Positions 39,864 through 51,899 of a stretch of 64,000 nt of DNA are shown here, in pieces. Source of the stretch: Octopus bimaculoides (lineage: Eukaryota). How positions within the stretch are numbered: position 1 is the stretch's first letter; each line of letters opens with the position of its first letter. The stretch covers positions 100,095,998 through 100,159,997 of the forward strand of contig NC_068983.1 in NCBI RefSeq assembly GCF_001194135.2, written 5' to 3'. The notes beneath the pieces are model-generated. The model saw only the letters and a program-made list of their open reading frames with translations, did not search any database and was not told where the DNA came from. Both the position numbers and the translations under genes were made by a program.

Positions 39864-41290
39864 CAAATGAGTAATAACATACGATGGATAATTGTCAGCT
39901 CATTTCAGCTGTTTCTTACGTAACTTTTTAATAGAAGAATGAAAATATTACATCATTATGAAAGACCGTAATCATCATGAAAGCCCACCTACTCCCATTT
40001 ATGTTGCTGATATGCTAAACGCACATAACTTTAACACCTGTGCTAGTAATCTTTCCATTATACCACCCATCCTCGGCCGCCTAGTGTCACTATCTGAAAG
40101 CCAAATCTCTTACGTCAATGCCCAGTACCAACAGTCTCCGACCCAGGACTTAGCAACTAATTTTAATCATAATAGTATTGATCATAGTAATATAAACCAC
40201 AGTAACTATCATGCGAACACCAGTAACTCGCGCGAGCGTGAACTATTATGCAATAACAAGGTTGGACCACGTACCCATAACAATAAATTTCAAGTATTAG
40301 AAAATATTGGGTGCAATTGTTCGGACAAATCATCTTGTTTTTGCTTTCGGATCGATGTTTAGCGGAAAATGTGGTTCACAAATGTGATGCTGTAACGGAG
40401 ACCAACACTTATACTTATATCGGCTGCTCTATAAATCTCAACTACTATTCATCGTTTAAATTAAGACATAGGGATGGCATGACGTCTCTAACCACGAAGA
40501 TTTGGGAACTCAAGGACGACAATGTTAAATTTGATTTGAGATGGGACATGATTAGGGTCGCTAAACCGTACTTAAACAGTAGATACGGATACGAACTTTG
40601 CTGCACGGAGCTGTTTGAAATTTTAAGGAAATCTAATAGTGAAAATCTACTAAATAACAAACTTGACCTTCGTCTTTCCTATATAAATAAGGCTACCCGC
40701 ACGTTTAAATACATTAAGGACATTAAACAACCTCTATGATAGCCCCCAACCTAGGTCCAATCCAGTTTACTCTCTCTTTCGCTGGCCCTTTAGCTTATCA
40801 ATCGCCCCATTCGTTTCTGAGTCCTCCTAGTCGCGTTTTCCTCTTACCAATACCTTTTAACGCTCTTACTATACTTGCATGGTATGCTATATTGAAGGAA
40901 CTAACCTTTCTATCTGTAGTGTACCCGGTTTTATGCAATAGCTGTGACAGTGATACCTAACCTCTAGTAGCAGCCTGCACACCCTAGACAGTCTGTTTCC
41001 CTTTCTACTAGCTATGCACTCCTTACACCAACATACTGTTTTTTGAGCAGCGCTTGTTACATAGTAGATAGGACACACTATCCAAACCCTTTACCCGCGA
41101 TTATTGTCTTGAGTTGCTTTACCTGATTTCACACAAAGGTGATTATACCATCCAATTTTGATATTATTGCCACCCGCTTAACATTCTATACTTAATCGTT
41201 AGACCATGTCTTACTGCTGGCTTTCCTTGATATCCGATCGGCTATTTCCTCTAACTCTGTACCAGGTGTAGTTCATTATATAACTCCATC
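39470..41290 (+). mobile_element. Penelope-like element remnant (putative pseudo-LTR, GIY-YIG domain, 3' region)
   Basis: GCNCSDKSSC..CLAENVVHK..TYIGCS..KIWELKDDNVKFDLRWDMIRVAKPYLN..LCCTE..LLNNK (40300-40690); element boundaries approximate. Confidence 0.7.
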
Positions 41291-41339
41291 CTTCTCTAAA
41301 CTCCTTAGAAACCAAAGAACAAAAGGCCAAAAAAAGAAA

Positions 41340-42497
41340 AAAAACCCACTCAATACCAGAGCTGAAGACACTTCCGAAAGTGGGAGCCCCGCCACATCGG
41401 AAACGGTAGAGAAGTAGGGGCCGAAACCGGCGTGGTTCTTCCTGATGATGTCTTTAACCACTGGATGCTATAAAGGAGCTATTAAGGTAATTAACCACAA
41501 AACGTGGTTGGAATTCCTCAGATACTGACTGCAGGGAAAGACTTGCCGACAATCCAGAAAGCGGGATGACAAAGCGGAGAGACACTTGACAGTACGACAA
41601 CATAACGAAGGATCAAATGGGCTTGCAGCCCGATCCGGGGTAAAGTTGCAACAAGTAATCATGATGAACCATGCTCCCGTGATCCCGGAACACGTGGGGA
41701 GAATAAAGGATCAAACAAGAACAAAAAGTGGAATGGACTCGGACTGGAAATAGACAACGAGAGAGGAAGCGGTAAAGGAAAGGTAGATGAGAAATTCAGC
41801 TTCTGCGGAAAGGTGTTTTCTAGTTACATTGGGCTTAGAATTTACCAAGGGAAGGTGTGTTGGAAGAAATTGATTCAACAGCGTGGGTTGGAAAACCAGA
41901 AGACGTATGGCCAGGACATCCTGGAAAGAAACCATAGCGAGGGTCATTCCACAGTTGAATCGGAACAGCCAGGAAAAGAGATATGCCTGAAGAAGCCAAA
42001 GATTAAGTGGCCAAAGGCAAATGATGCAGCTAACTATAAGAAATTCGACGACAAGGTAGCAAGAATGACCACCAAATTCAAAAGGGACGACGAACAAAAG
42101 CTCGAGAACTTGACTAACATAATCTATCGGGAAGGAAAGAAAATATTTGGACTTGAAACAACAGGGAATGAAGAATCATCAGCAAAGGGCGTACCATCGA
42201 GGAGAGAAAGACGGATCGCAAAGATACGAGAAGAGAAGAAAAAACGAAGAAGGGATGCAAAAGAGGGAAAGGGAAGGGCTAAAACAACTATATGAAGAGA
42301 TAAAAAAGAGGCATCGCGACCAACTAAGGAAGGAAAGAAAGAGGAACAGAAGAAAGGAAAGAAAGAGGAACAGAAGAAAGGAGAGAGAAAAGAACTATCG
42401 TACTTTTGTAAACAACCCATAACAATATGCTAGACGTTTGTTTACTGAAAGTAAGAGCGGAAGATTAGTTTGCACTAAAGGAAAGCTCGAATACCAT
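41340..42497 (+). mobile_element. HERO/NeSL-like RLE non-LTR retrotransposon, N-terminal fragment
   Basis: CGKVFSSYIGLRIYQGKVC zinc-finger-like motif, IKWPKANDAANYKKFDDKV, SRRERRIAKIR, FVNNP*QYARRLF; ends where the solo LTR begins. Confidence 0.65.
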
Positions 42498-43499
42498 TGT
42501 AGCGCTGACTCGATTGTAATTCCTCTTTCCCTTTATTATATATACGTGCATTCGAACGTAGCAAGGAACAGTTAGCCTTTGGCCGCTATTTGGATCCCGT
42601 TGTGTCCACTACTCTGATTGGTTGGTATTGGCGCAATTTGTCTCTTACCCTGTTGCGCCAACTTACCGCGTATAACCAGTCAGAGGCCCTAAATGGAATC
42701 ACGTAGGGCAGCCTGTTTACCACCCTGTTTTGAGTCTATAGTTCCTTATAAAAACTCAGCTTTTCCTCGTTTCGGCATCTTTGGTTCCAGACTTTTTAAG
42801 GTCTAGCCACTGACTACAAAGACACAGTCAGATCCAGCGACTACGCCATCCAAACACCACCACACGTTGAGACTTACCAACTTTGTTCAACAGCATTACG
42901 GCAACATCCTTCTTCGTCGCCACCATCATCTCTCTACGTACACAGCTCAGCAAGCAATTCACCCCGGTTCCAACACTTCACTGTTCGTGAATTATTTCAC
43001 CACGGATCAACAGTGAATATTTAACCTGCATGAACTCCTGTATCAAGTGACCAGGCAGCAGAATCACAGCCACGACGTTCACGTACGACATGTACCTGTA
43101 ACCGTCTCAGCAGCATGATCGCGACTTCTTGATACAGTATTTCAACTACCGTGTACTATTGACGACGAACTGGTATTATCTTTCTTGTATCTATGAACTT
43201 AACTCTTCAATAGCTATAAACCCTATCGCCATCCTTAAATGTTCTTAACATGCGCATACATCTATGCTTACACACACATACAATTTGTTCTCATGACGGC
43301 CTGTCAATTATTCTGTATACATGACGCACATAGACACACATGTTAACATATCAATAAATATTCTCTTAATCTTTCTTATGCGGTTGTGTTTCTTTTTCCC
43401 TCTGGCATTTATGTGTTCTATTAATTTCTCTTAATTGTATCGGCCGTGTGATGTCGTACTAAAGACCCATTCTCGTCACCTCCCATCCTTGACCTTAAA
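42498..43499 (+). mobile_element. Solo LTR copy 1 (Ty3/Gypsy-like)
   Basis: Starts TGTAGCG; CCAAT boxes, TATAAAA, AATAAA; homologous to copies 2-5; right end degenerate, no clean TSD. Confidence 0.75.
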
Positions 43500-43539
43500 A
43501 TCCCCATCCCTTAAAATTGCTGGCTTTTGCCCAAAAAAA

Positions 43540-43992
43540 AAAAGAACTATTTATCAGAAGACGGTGAGCTGGTAGAATCGTTAACGTACCGGACAATATG
43601 TTTTGCAATATTTCTTCCGGCTTTAAGGCAGCGAGCTGGTAGAATAGTTACCGCGCCGGGTAAAATGCTTGGCGGCGTTTCATCCGTCTCTGAGTTTAAA
43701 GTCAGCCGAGGTTAATTTTGCTTTTCATCCTTTCGGTGTTGATAAAATAAGTACCAGTTGATCACAGGAATCGATGTAATCGACTTAACTCCACCCCCGA
43801 AATTGCTGGCCTTGTGCCAAAATTTGAAACCGATATTTCTTCTGGCTTTCTGTTCCGAGACCGAATCTCGCCGGGCTCAACATTGCCTTTTGAGGTCGAT
43901 AAAATAAATTCTTCATTGGACACTGGGGTTGATGTAATCGACTAACCCCCTCACCCAAAGTTTCAGGCCTTTTGTCCATATCAGAAAAGATT
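43540..43992 (+). mobile_element. Stack of three family A SINE pieces
   Basis: Heads or bodies at ~43540, 43625 and 43855. Confidence 0.75.
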
Positions 43993-44881
43993 AATCTCAG
44001 CTGCCGAAATTAAGAAGAATATGTAGTGAACTTCATGGAGGCATAGCGTGGATTCGTTCCTCGATTGCCAAATTACACTAACAGTACAACGGACTTTTTC
44101 CGTAGAGAAACATTAAGTTGACAGCAGTTGCATTTGCCAGATGCCTTCGCTAAGCTGAATAATGTCTTTGCCACTTAAACCCCTGCTAACCTTTTGTATG
44201 CGATGGAGAGTTAAATTGACAGAACAATAGACCTCCTAAAATACCCATTGTCTGGATAACGGTATGTCTCTCTCTTTCTCGCGATCTGGTGATAATTATA
44301 TATACAGAAGATTCCCAAGCAAAGGAGATGACAGAGAGGTAACCACAGGCAAAATCCAGTTAGTGAGATAATACAACTGAGCGAAGGTTTACCAGTGAGA
44401 ATGTCAACTATGTTACAGTGTCTTATCACAACACCACTACTGTTTAAATGTTAGGTATCATTTTATCGACTCCCTACATTTAACATTCACTCTATCTTCC
44501 TCTAATTCTTAGTTGGGCAGCTAGCAGTTGGCCAAACAAACCTGCATCAACATACAAGAAAAGATAACTCCATTGTTTTTATATGATACACGCAGTTGTC
44601 CGTCGAGGCAAAACATCATACAAAGTAACGGTGAATATTTTCTTAAAACTTCGATCGCTGTTCTTCTTTCATCTTGCATACTGGCAACCAACACCTTAAC
44701 AACTCAACCGTTACAATTGGTGATGACTCCGACGTTCCATCCTATTGTTTATCAATTATTATTTAACCGTTACAATTGGTGACCCTCGACGGCAACGAAG
44801 AGCCAACCGCTACAAATATATCTTATGAAAACTTATGAATGAACTATTACTACCATGAAGAAATTTACATAATGATACACT

Positions 44882-45886
44882 CGTAGTGAAACCTCTCTCT
44901 CCAGTATTTAATTACAAATGATAACGAAGCGGCTAACATCTAGCTTTCGGCCGCTTGGACCCTTGTGTCCACCACCCTGATTGGTTCTTATTTGCGCGGC
45001 ATTTGTCACCAGTTCTGTTTCGCGCCAGAGTGCATACCGTCCAATCGTGGCCTTCTAATGTCACGTGAGAGAGTGTTTTTTTGCTGTTCCGGTGAGCCTC
45101 TATTCATCTAAGCCTATTTGCTCTGCGCCAGTTTGTCGCGACCCCAGACCTTTTCAGGTCTAGTCGTAGACCAGACACAGAACACAGTTCCAGCCAGTTT
45201 CCAGCGACGACGCCAACACCACCAATGTACTGTCTACCACAATGTCGTCGCCACCAGCACCCCCACCAGAGTACACGCACCAACAACAACAACAGCGGTT
45301 TCATCTCGACACTATCTGAGTGGATTGTTTCCACCACGAAGTTTAACAACCAGAGCCAACCTGCGAGAATCTTCTGTGCCAGGTAACCGGTCGCAGCATC
45401 GACGCTCAACTTTACACACAACATGTGACACCACAGCTCTGCTCTCCGGCCACAACTTCTTGCGTACGAACATTCTATCTCTTGTGTAACTCTTATACGA
45501 ACTGGTATTTCTCTATCTTTGTTCAGGACGCTTATCTACTGTGTTACAGACTCTCATTCTATGCTCTGTATTTCTCAGTCACACATACACACATATTGTT
45601 GTATACATATTCTTTACACGACGGTCCGTCATACACATTGTATTGTTTATATTGCCGCATGCACGCGCACACAGACGCATAGTTTCACTATGTTAATAAA
45701 CCTACTCTTTTTATATATCCAACGGTTGTCACTCACTCTCTCTTTCCTTTACTGGCATTTGCTCGCATCTCACATTGCAAGCCATCTTATGTTATATAAC
45801 ATGTTTTTGTGTCGACCGTGCGACGCGTGAAAAGGAGCTTCTCTGTTCGTCGCCATCTCCTTTGGTTCGTATGGTCGTTCTTTACA
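44882..45886 (+). mobile_element. Solo LTR copy 2
   Basis: CGTAGTGAA...TTTACA; perfect 4-bp TSD CACT. Confidence 0.88.
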
Positions 45887-46221
45887 CACTCTTTTCTCTG
45901 AGCTGCCCAAACTCCTGTTGTTTGTCTTCGGGCCATATTTTCACAGTGAAATGTATTATGTAATCATACACACAAGGACACACAAAAAGTAAGGGTCTTT
46001 GCATATAAACATATATATATATAAACATGAACGTAAGCATGTATGTAGACATGTGTGTTAGTGTATGTGCGTAAGCAAGCATACATACACAGATTTTTTA
46101 CAGCTTTAGTTAAATTTTAATTTAATGATTTTATTAATTGGGTTTCTTTGTAAGTTTATTATATCAAAACTGTTGTATGAAATCTCTGTGAATATTTTAG
46201 TTTTAGGTAATTAGCATCATA

Positions 46222-46562
46222 TTACAATTGGCTGTTAGCTAACACAGCGATAACTTCTATTTCAACACGAGCTAGCTCTGGTATATTACCAACTTGATAA
46301 GCTGCTCTGGCAGAAAAGTCGATCCCAGCAAAATATTTTCAGTATATTTCATTAACTGCTTGGAAGTTGTTAATACCAGCCAAGAGGACTGTAACTGTCA
46401 CAACATTGTTTAGATGAGCAGCAGCCTCTGAGAATTGCAAACATTTTTGAGAGCCTAGTCCGCTTGTTCAGCAGCATTGTCGGGAGGTAACTCCGTGGTA
46501 CTAGGATTAAAACCAAGCTGCCCTGAGATGTATATATTTCGATCAACTATTACAGTTTGGCT
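46222..46562 (-). pseudogene. RIDA: RidA/UK114 (2-iminopropanoate deaminase) processed pseudogene, 5'-truncated
   Basis: SQTVIVDRNIYISGQLG...AD*ALKNV/NNVVTVTVLLAGINNFQAVNEIY*KYF...SARAAYQVGNIPELARVEIEVIAV; no introns, stops and frameshifts; AATAAA and A-rich tail near 46095-46160. Confidence 0.9.
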
Positions 46563-46731
46563 CAAGACGAAATCAGAACAGAGTATCCTGCTTCGCTTTA
46601 CAAAGATCAGTAGAACTCTTTGGTCGTACCTACATGTGTACACTACTCCAAACTCTGGCCAAAAACTACTCTCCATCTGAGATCCCTTCCACACGCCTGT
46701 TTCCCTTAACGTCCTGACGAAGAAAGAGGCT

Positions 46732-47748
46732 TGTAAGGACCGTGCGATCAGGAGAGGTGACGAGGAATGGCTCCTTTAATACATCGCACGGTCGATACAA
46801 ATAAAATATGAAAAGAGGATAAATGAGTATAAGTGCCAGAGGAAAAAGAGAGACACAACCGGTAGAAGGCTTAAGAGAAGGTTTTATTAATATGTCAACA
46901 TCTGTGTCTGTGTGTGTGAGTGCGACATATAACCATAATAATAGACAGGCCGTCATGTAAACAAAGTGTATGTGTACAAACAGTGATGTATGTGTGTGCA
47001 ATAAGTTCAGAGCATAGAAAAGAGTCTATAAGGACGTTAGAAGAAAGTCCAGACACAAGGATGGTAAATACCAGTTCGTATTCAAGGTACACAGTGGCTG
47101 AAGTGCTGTAACAAGAAGTTGAGGCCGCGTAGCAGAGCCGGAGGAAGGGGCACATGTTGTGTAAGAAGTTGTGGCTTCAATGCTGCTGCCGGTTATTTGG
47201 TACAGGAGTTCTCGCAGGTTGTAATCGCTGTTATCACAAACAGTGTTGAGATAGAACCTGTGCGAATGCTGTTGGTGGTGTGTACGTAGAGTAGTTGGTG
47301 TAGTTAAGAAGATGATGGTGGCGATGAAGATGGAGTTTGCCGTTAGCTGATGGTTGACTGTTGAGTCTCCATGAGGGTGTTGTCGTGCCGTCGCTGGAAC
47401 TGGCTGTGTGCTTTGTGGTCAGCGGCTAGACCTCAGAAGGTCTGGAGCCGAAAGGACTGACAAACTGTGACAGTGAAAGGCTAGCTATTTATAACATCCT
47501 GTCGGCTCAAACTGGGGTTCAGAAAAGACTGTCTCACGCGACCTTATCTGAAGGCTGCGATTGGTTGGGTTGCATGTTGGCGCGCAATAGAACAGGAGAC
47601 AAAATGCGCCAATACCAACCAATCAGAGTGATGGACACAACAGGGTCCAAAAGTGCGGCCGAAGGCTAGCTGTTATCCACTACGTTTGTATTCGTGTGTA
47701 TATAACAGACAGAGAGAGAGAGAAGTATCTCTAAAGTCGTTCGCTACA
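46732..47748 (-). mobile_element. Solo LTR copy 3
   Basis: Minus-strand TGTAGCGAA...CCTTACA; perfect 4-bp TSD GGCT. Confidence 0.9.
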
Positions 47749-47949
47749 GGCTATTCAAATGCCCCAATTTTTGACGTGACGTCACTTCCTCTAGCTTCCG
47801 GTCCTGATGCCTCCCTTCACTCCTCTATACGTCACCCTTAAAATAAAGATCACTATCCTTCTATTCCAATTCAAAGTCGTCCATCCACCTGGATGAGCGA
47901 CTCTCCCGTTGTGGTATTAGCAAGGTCACGGCGCTGGCCTCCCCACTCC

Positions 47950-48230
47950 TTCGTCGAGCGACCGATACCGGAACGAGCGGGCAACGGGTTGTGCGATCGC
48001 CAGCGAGGCGATTTTCCGATGCCCGGTCGAGTAGTAGGGCACCGCAGCGAGCATGGAAGCTGCGGGTGTGATCCTAGGGTGAAACCGACCGCGGGTGCGC
48101 ATCTCGGTGACAGTAGCAAATATTCGAACGAGACCTTCGAAGACCGAAACGGAGAAGGGTACCGTGCCAACGCTAGTCGAGCACGGGTCAGTCGGTCCTA
48201 AGAATCAGATGAAAACTTCCGGTCCCGACG
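47950..48230 (+). rRNA. Dispersed 28S rRNA fragment (pseudogene), core just 5' of and into expansion segment D7a
   Basis: GGTGCGCATCTCGGTGACAGTAGCAAATATTCGAACGAG...GGAGAAGGGT...GGGTCAGTCGGTCCTAAG matches the conserved LSU core; flanked by CCACTCC direct repeats. Confidence 0.88.
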
Positions 48231-48271
48231 CCACTCCACCTCCCTCGCCTCAGACAAGTTCTGCTGAACCT

Positions 48272-49826
48272 TGTAAAGCGACATACCCCTTCACTCCTCC
48301 ACAGAGACAAAACACGTATGCATATTTAATATATCGTATGTTATTTACATAAATGCATTCATTTTTAGATGGATAGGTTGCTGTTCCATCTAATGTGAAT
48401 CCGCTCAGAGGCTGTAATGTTATTGTGGTAGGAGGAACCCAGTAAAGAAATACATGGAACAAAGGTGATAACTTTAAATAGTTTATTGTCACACGTATAT
48501 ATACACAAGCTGAATGGAAGTGGTTGATGGATATTTATTCCTATATCTACATGCAACTGCGTGGGTTGTATGTTAGCTGTTAACCCTGGTGAGGAAAGCT
48601 CGCGGACAGCGATATGTTAGAACCAGTGCAGTGCGTTGGTGCTGAGTAGATGTTGTTGACGACGTTGGTGAGAGACATGCTGGGGGCGACGAAGATGGAG
48701 GTCGCTGCAATGTGGTTAGTGGTTAGACCTTAGAAGGTCGGGAACCAACAAACACTGAGACTAGAAGGAGGTGAGCTTTTATAGCTGATGGTAGACTCAA
48801 ATGTTGTTTGAAACAGACTGTCTCACGTGACTTATTTGAAGGCTTGGATCATTTATGTTTTATGTAGTGTTTTTGGTACCGAAACACTTTCAAACTTCGT
48901 ATACTTGTATATTTTGTGTTATAGAACAGATAAAAATTTTTGTATTCGAAGTTATTTCATGTAAAAAAAAAATTGTCGTATTTCGGTAATTTCAACCAAT
49001 CACTGATGTCTATTGAGGTGAAAACAATTACTGCCGTGGCATGTAAACAACATGTTCTAACGGTGTCATGGGATCTTTTCCCTTGAATAAAATTAGTGCC
49101 GTAGTTTGTCAACAACAACTATCCGTGGTACTGTTATTTATGACATCGTTCGTGCGTTTGTACTGGTTTTAGCTTTAGGCTTTTAGGGTTAGGGTTCGGG
49201 TTTTAGAGTTAGGGGTAGTTTTAGGGTTACGGTTAGAGTTATGATTATTTTTGCCATAACCTCACTCATAACCCTAACCCTAACCCGAGCCCGAACCCTA
49301 AAACTCTAACCCTAACTCTAAAACCCGAATCCTAACCCTAAAACCCTAAACCCTTACTAGAGAATAATGATATAATTAAACAAGGAATAACACTCTTGAC
49401 ACCGGCAAAAATTATTGTTTACAAAAACAGCAATAACTGTATTCAGCTGAATAGACGTCAGTGATTGGTTGAAATTACAGAAATACGACAACTTTAACAT
49501 GAAATAACTTGCGATGTACAATTTTTTGTTAAGAAGGCTAAGAGAAAAAGTTGTTTTATATGACACATTCTACCAGTATCCCAAGTTTGAAAGTGTTGCG
49601 TTAAGAAAACAAGTGGTGCCCGTCAAATCAGAAAGATCCGAAGGCTGTGATTGGTTGGGTTGCATACTGACGCGCGATAGAGTAAGAGAAAATTGCGCCA
49701 ATACCAACCAATTAAAGTGGTAGACACAACGGGGTCCAAATCAGCGCCCAAAGGTTAGCTGTTACCTGCTACGTTCGTAAGTACTTATATATAATAGAGA
49801 GAGGAAGTTCACTAGAGTTCGCTAGA
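48272..49826 (-). mobile_element. Solo LTR copy 4, interrupted by a foldback element
   Basis: Homologous CCAAT/CACGTG block split at ~48850/49640; termini TGTAAAG / TTCGCTAGA; no clean TSD. Confidence 0.7.
48850..49639. mobile_element. Foldback element with head-to-head telomere-like repeats
   Basis: Arms 48883-48897/49583-49597 perfect and 48973-49014/49450-49491 at 40 of 42; TTAGGG-like 49166-49243 facing CCCTAA-like 49268-49355. Confidence 0.8.
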
Positions 49827-50772
49827 CATTCATAACGACACTGTTTGCACTTTTGTAATTAAGTTCCGGTTGTCAATCTTATGCGGCCATATAAATTTCT
49901 TAACGCCAGTAACAGTTTATTTGCTCTTTCCACAAGGCTGATTTATATACACATTAAATACATATTTATAATCACGCTCTATTACAATGACGTTGCAAAG
50001 ATTGAAAGTACCTGAGGACAACTTCCTGTCTCCCCACCCTCTCTTTATGCCTCTGTTATGCTGGTACGTTTGCTAAGCTCGCGCACGCACACACACACCG
50101 CGTGCGCGCAAATATACGTATACATTAATCAAAGTATGTAGTATTATTACAACCAATCTTAGCAATTAGTTTCGCACTGGTTATTTAAACCCGGTAACAG
50201 TATGGTTGAGTAAAACCGCGTGTCCTTTTAATAATCAGTGCAAAACCGATTGGTAAAATCAGCTGTAGTAGATGATTATAATATTGAATACTTCGTCTAA
50301 TATACCCATTCTATTGACAAATATGTTAGTGCCTATTTTTGTGACTTACGCATTCTTAGATGACTGTGTGTAGTGTGTGAATGCATGCACGTACACACAC
50401 ACACACACACACACATACTTCCCATTCGTGCTGTTTGGTAATACATTTTGATAATACGTTTGTTCATTTCCACACGACAATGCAAACAACTTACAGGTAA
50501 TAGGACCCGAAACTTAGCTAAGCTAGTTCTGTGTATGTTACTACTTATGTAACAAGCATCGCTCTGCTGTGAAACTTTCGTAGTCGTGTTTTACCTGTTT
50601 CATTCTTTAATTTCTTGGATTTTTATTCGCATTTTTAGCAACTTTAGTTGCTAAAACGTGAGTTGTCATCGTCAGCTTATAGAAATTTCTTTTGATTTCA
50701 GTATGGGACGAGGTGAATAACTTGCGATGTTAGTAAACTCGTTTTATCATATAGTCCACCTTTTGTTGTCTA

Positions 50773-50937
50773 CAGGCCAGCCCTAGGGTTCCTAGCGCCC
50801 CAGGCAAGCTGAACTTCGGCGTGCACGAGTTGACGGTCGTGGAAATTTCCTTGTTTTTGTCACGCCCTCCTTGGCGCCTCCTAACACATGGCACACCGGA
50901 CGACTGCACGAGTTACCGGTACCTTGAGCCGGCACTG
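50773..50937. mobile_element. hAT (Tip100-like) MITE, sister of 19088-19254
   Basis: Colinear homology; TSD GTTGTCTA/GTAATCTA (6 of 8). Confidence 0.82.
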
Positions 50938-51180
50938 GTAATCTATAATAGCCGCATAAATCCTCGAAGTTTACTAACTTCTAACACTTGGATCCCTGGA
51001 TTGTACTCTGTGTGCGTGTGTGTGTGTGTGCGCGCGCGCGCGCGTCTTGTGACTGTGTGCGTGAGTGCGTATGTGTGTGCGTTTATGTATGCATGTATGT
51101 ATGTATAATAAAACATTTAACTTAGTAATCGAACCCGGATCACTACATCCGATGCAAAAAAAAACAAAAAAAAATCTCAA

Positions 51181-51736
51181 GAATATGATCGTGATTCGCA
51201 AAAATATTACCGTCAAAGAAAAATCTGACCGTTCAAGATTTCGTGTGAAACCGGATCTAACTACAATTTCATCTTTGACGCGCTTTTTCTGACCAAGACC
51301 ATCACTATATATTCAACGCACTTTAGACACTATGGGCAGACAGCAGACGGCAGACCAGACACAGAACACGGCAGTCAGCGGACAGTAGCAGAACCAGCAA
51401 CAGGCCAGAGCTCGGTCACAACACAAAATCAACGAAGAACAGCGATAGCAGCACACAGTGATCAGCTAACATCAAGAAACTCACAATACCTGCTATTATC
51501 ATGCCTACACCAAGAACAATAAGCTTCGAACTATCTCGGTGTTTGTCGTTCGTAGTAACGACAAGATTTTCTGTTTACGATAAAAATAAATATTTTTTAT
51601 CAAAAATCTCAAACAGATGTCTGTATTCTTCATCCTAACATATGTTTGTGTACTTCGTTTTTTTATTTGGTATGTAAGATTTTTTATGTGAATTCGTGTG
51701 TTGAAACAAATCTTGTGTCTTAGGAGGGTCATTACA
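51181..51736 (+). mobile_element. Possible solo LTR of a second family
   Basis: TATA-like CTATATATT, AATAAA, ends GGTCATTACA; TCAA on both sides, but the 5' TG is degenerate. Confidence 0.35.
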
Positions 51737-51899
51737 TCAATAATGATACGCACACGCACTGGTTAAGAAAACACCGTTCAATCATCATGAAAGGAAAGAT
51801 TACTCAAGCTTTGAGCAACTTAAAATTTAATTCTGAGAGAACTTAGTAGAAACTTTTTAAAGAAGATCATTGTCTATATTGAAAAATAAATACAATTAT

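Noticed and set aside
41415-41455. GAAA...CTGATGA hammerhead-like arrangement
   Set aside because: Stems I and II cannot form
47749-47765. GGCTATTCAAATGCC resembling the R2 28S target site
   Set aside because: The match is too short and mismatched, and the flanks are not rDNA
47871-48352. GC-rich overlapping ORFs
   Set aside because: They are translations of the rRNA fragment
49166-49355. True telomere or chromosome end-to-end fusion
   Set aside because: The repeats are short, degenerate and embedded in inverted arms inside an LTR; a mobile element explains them better
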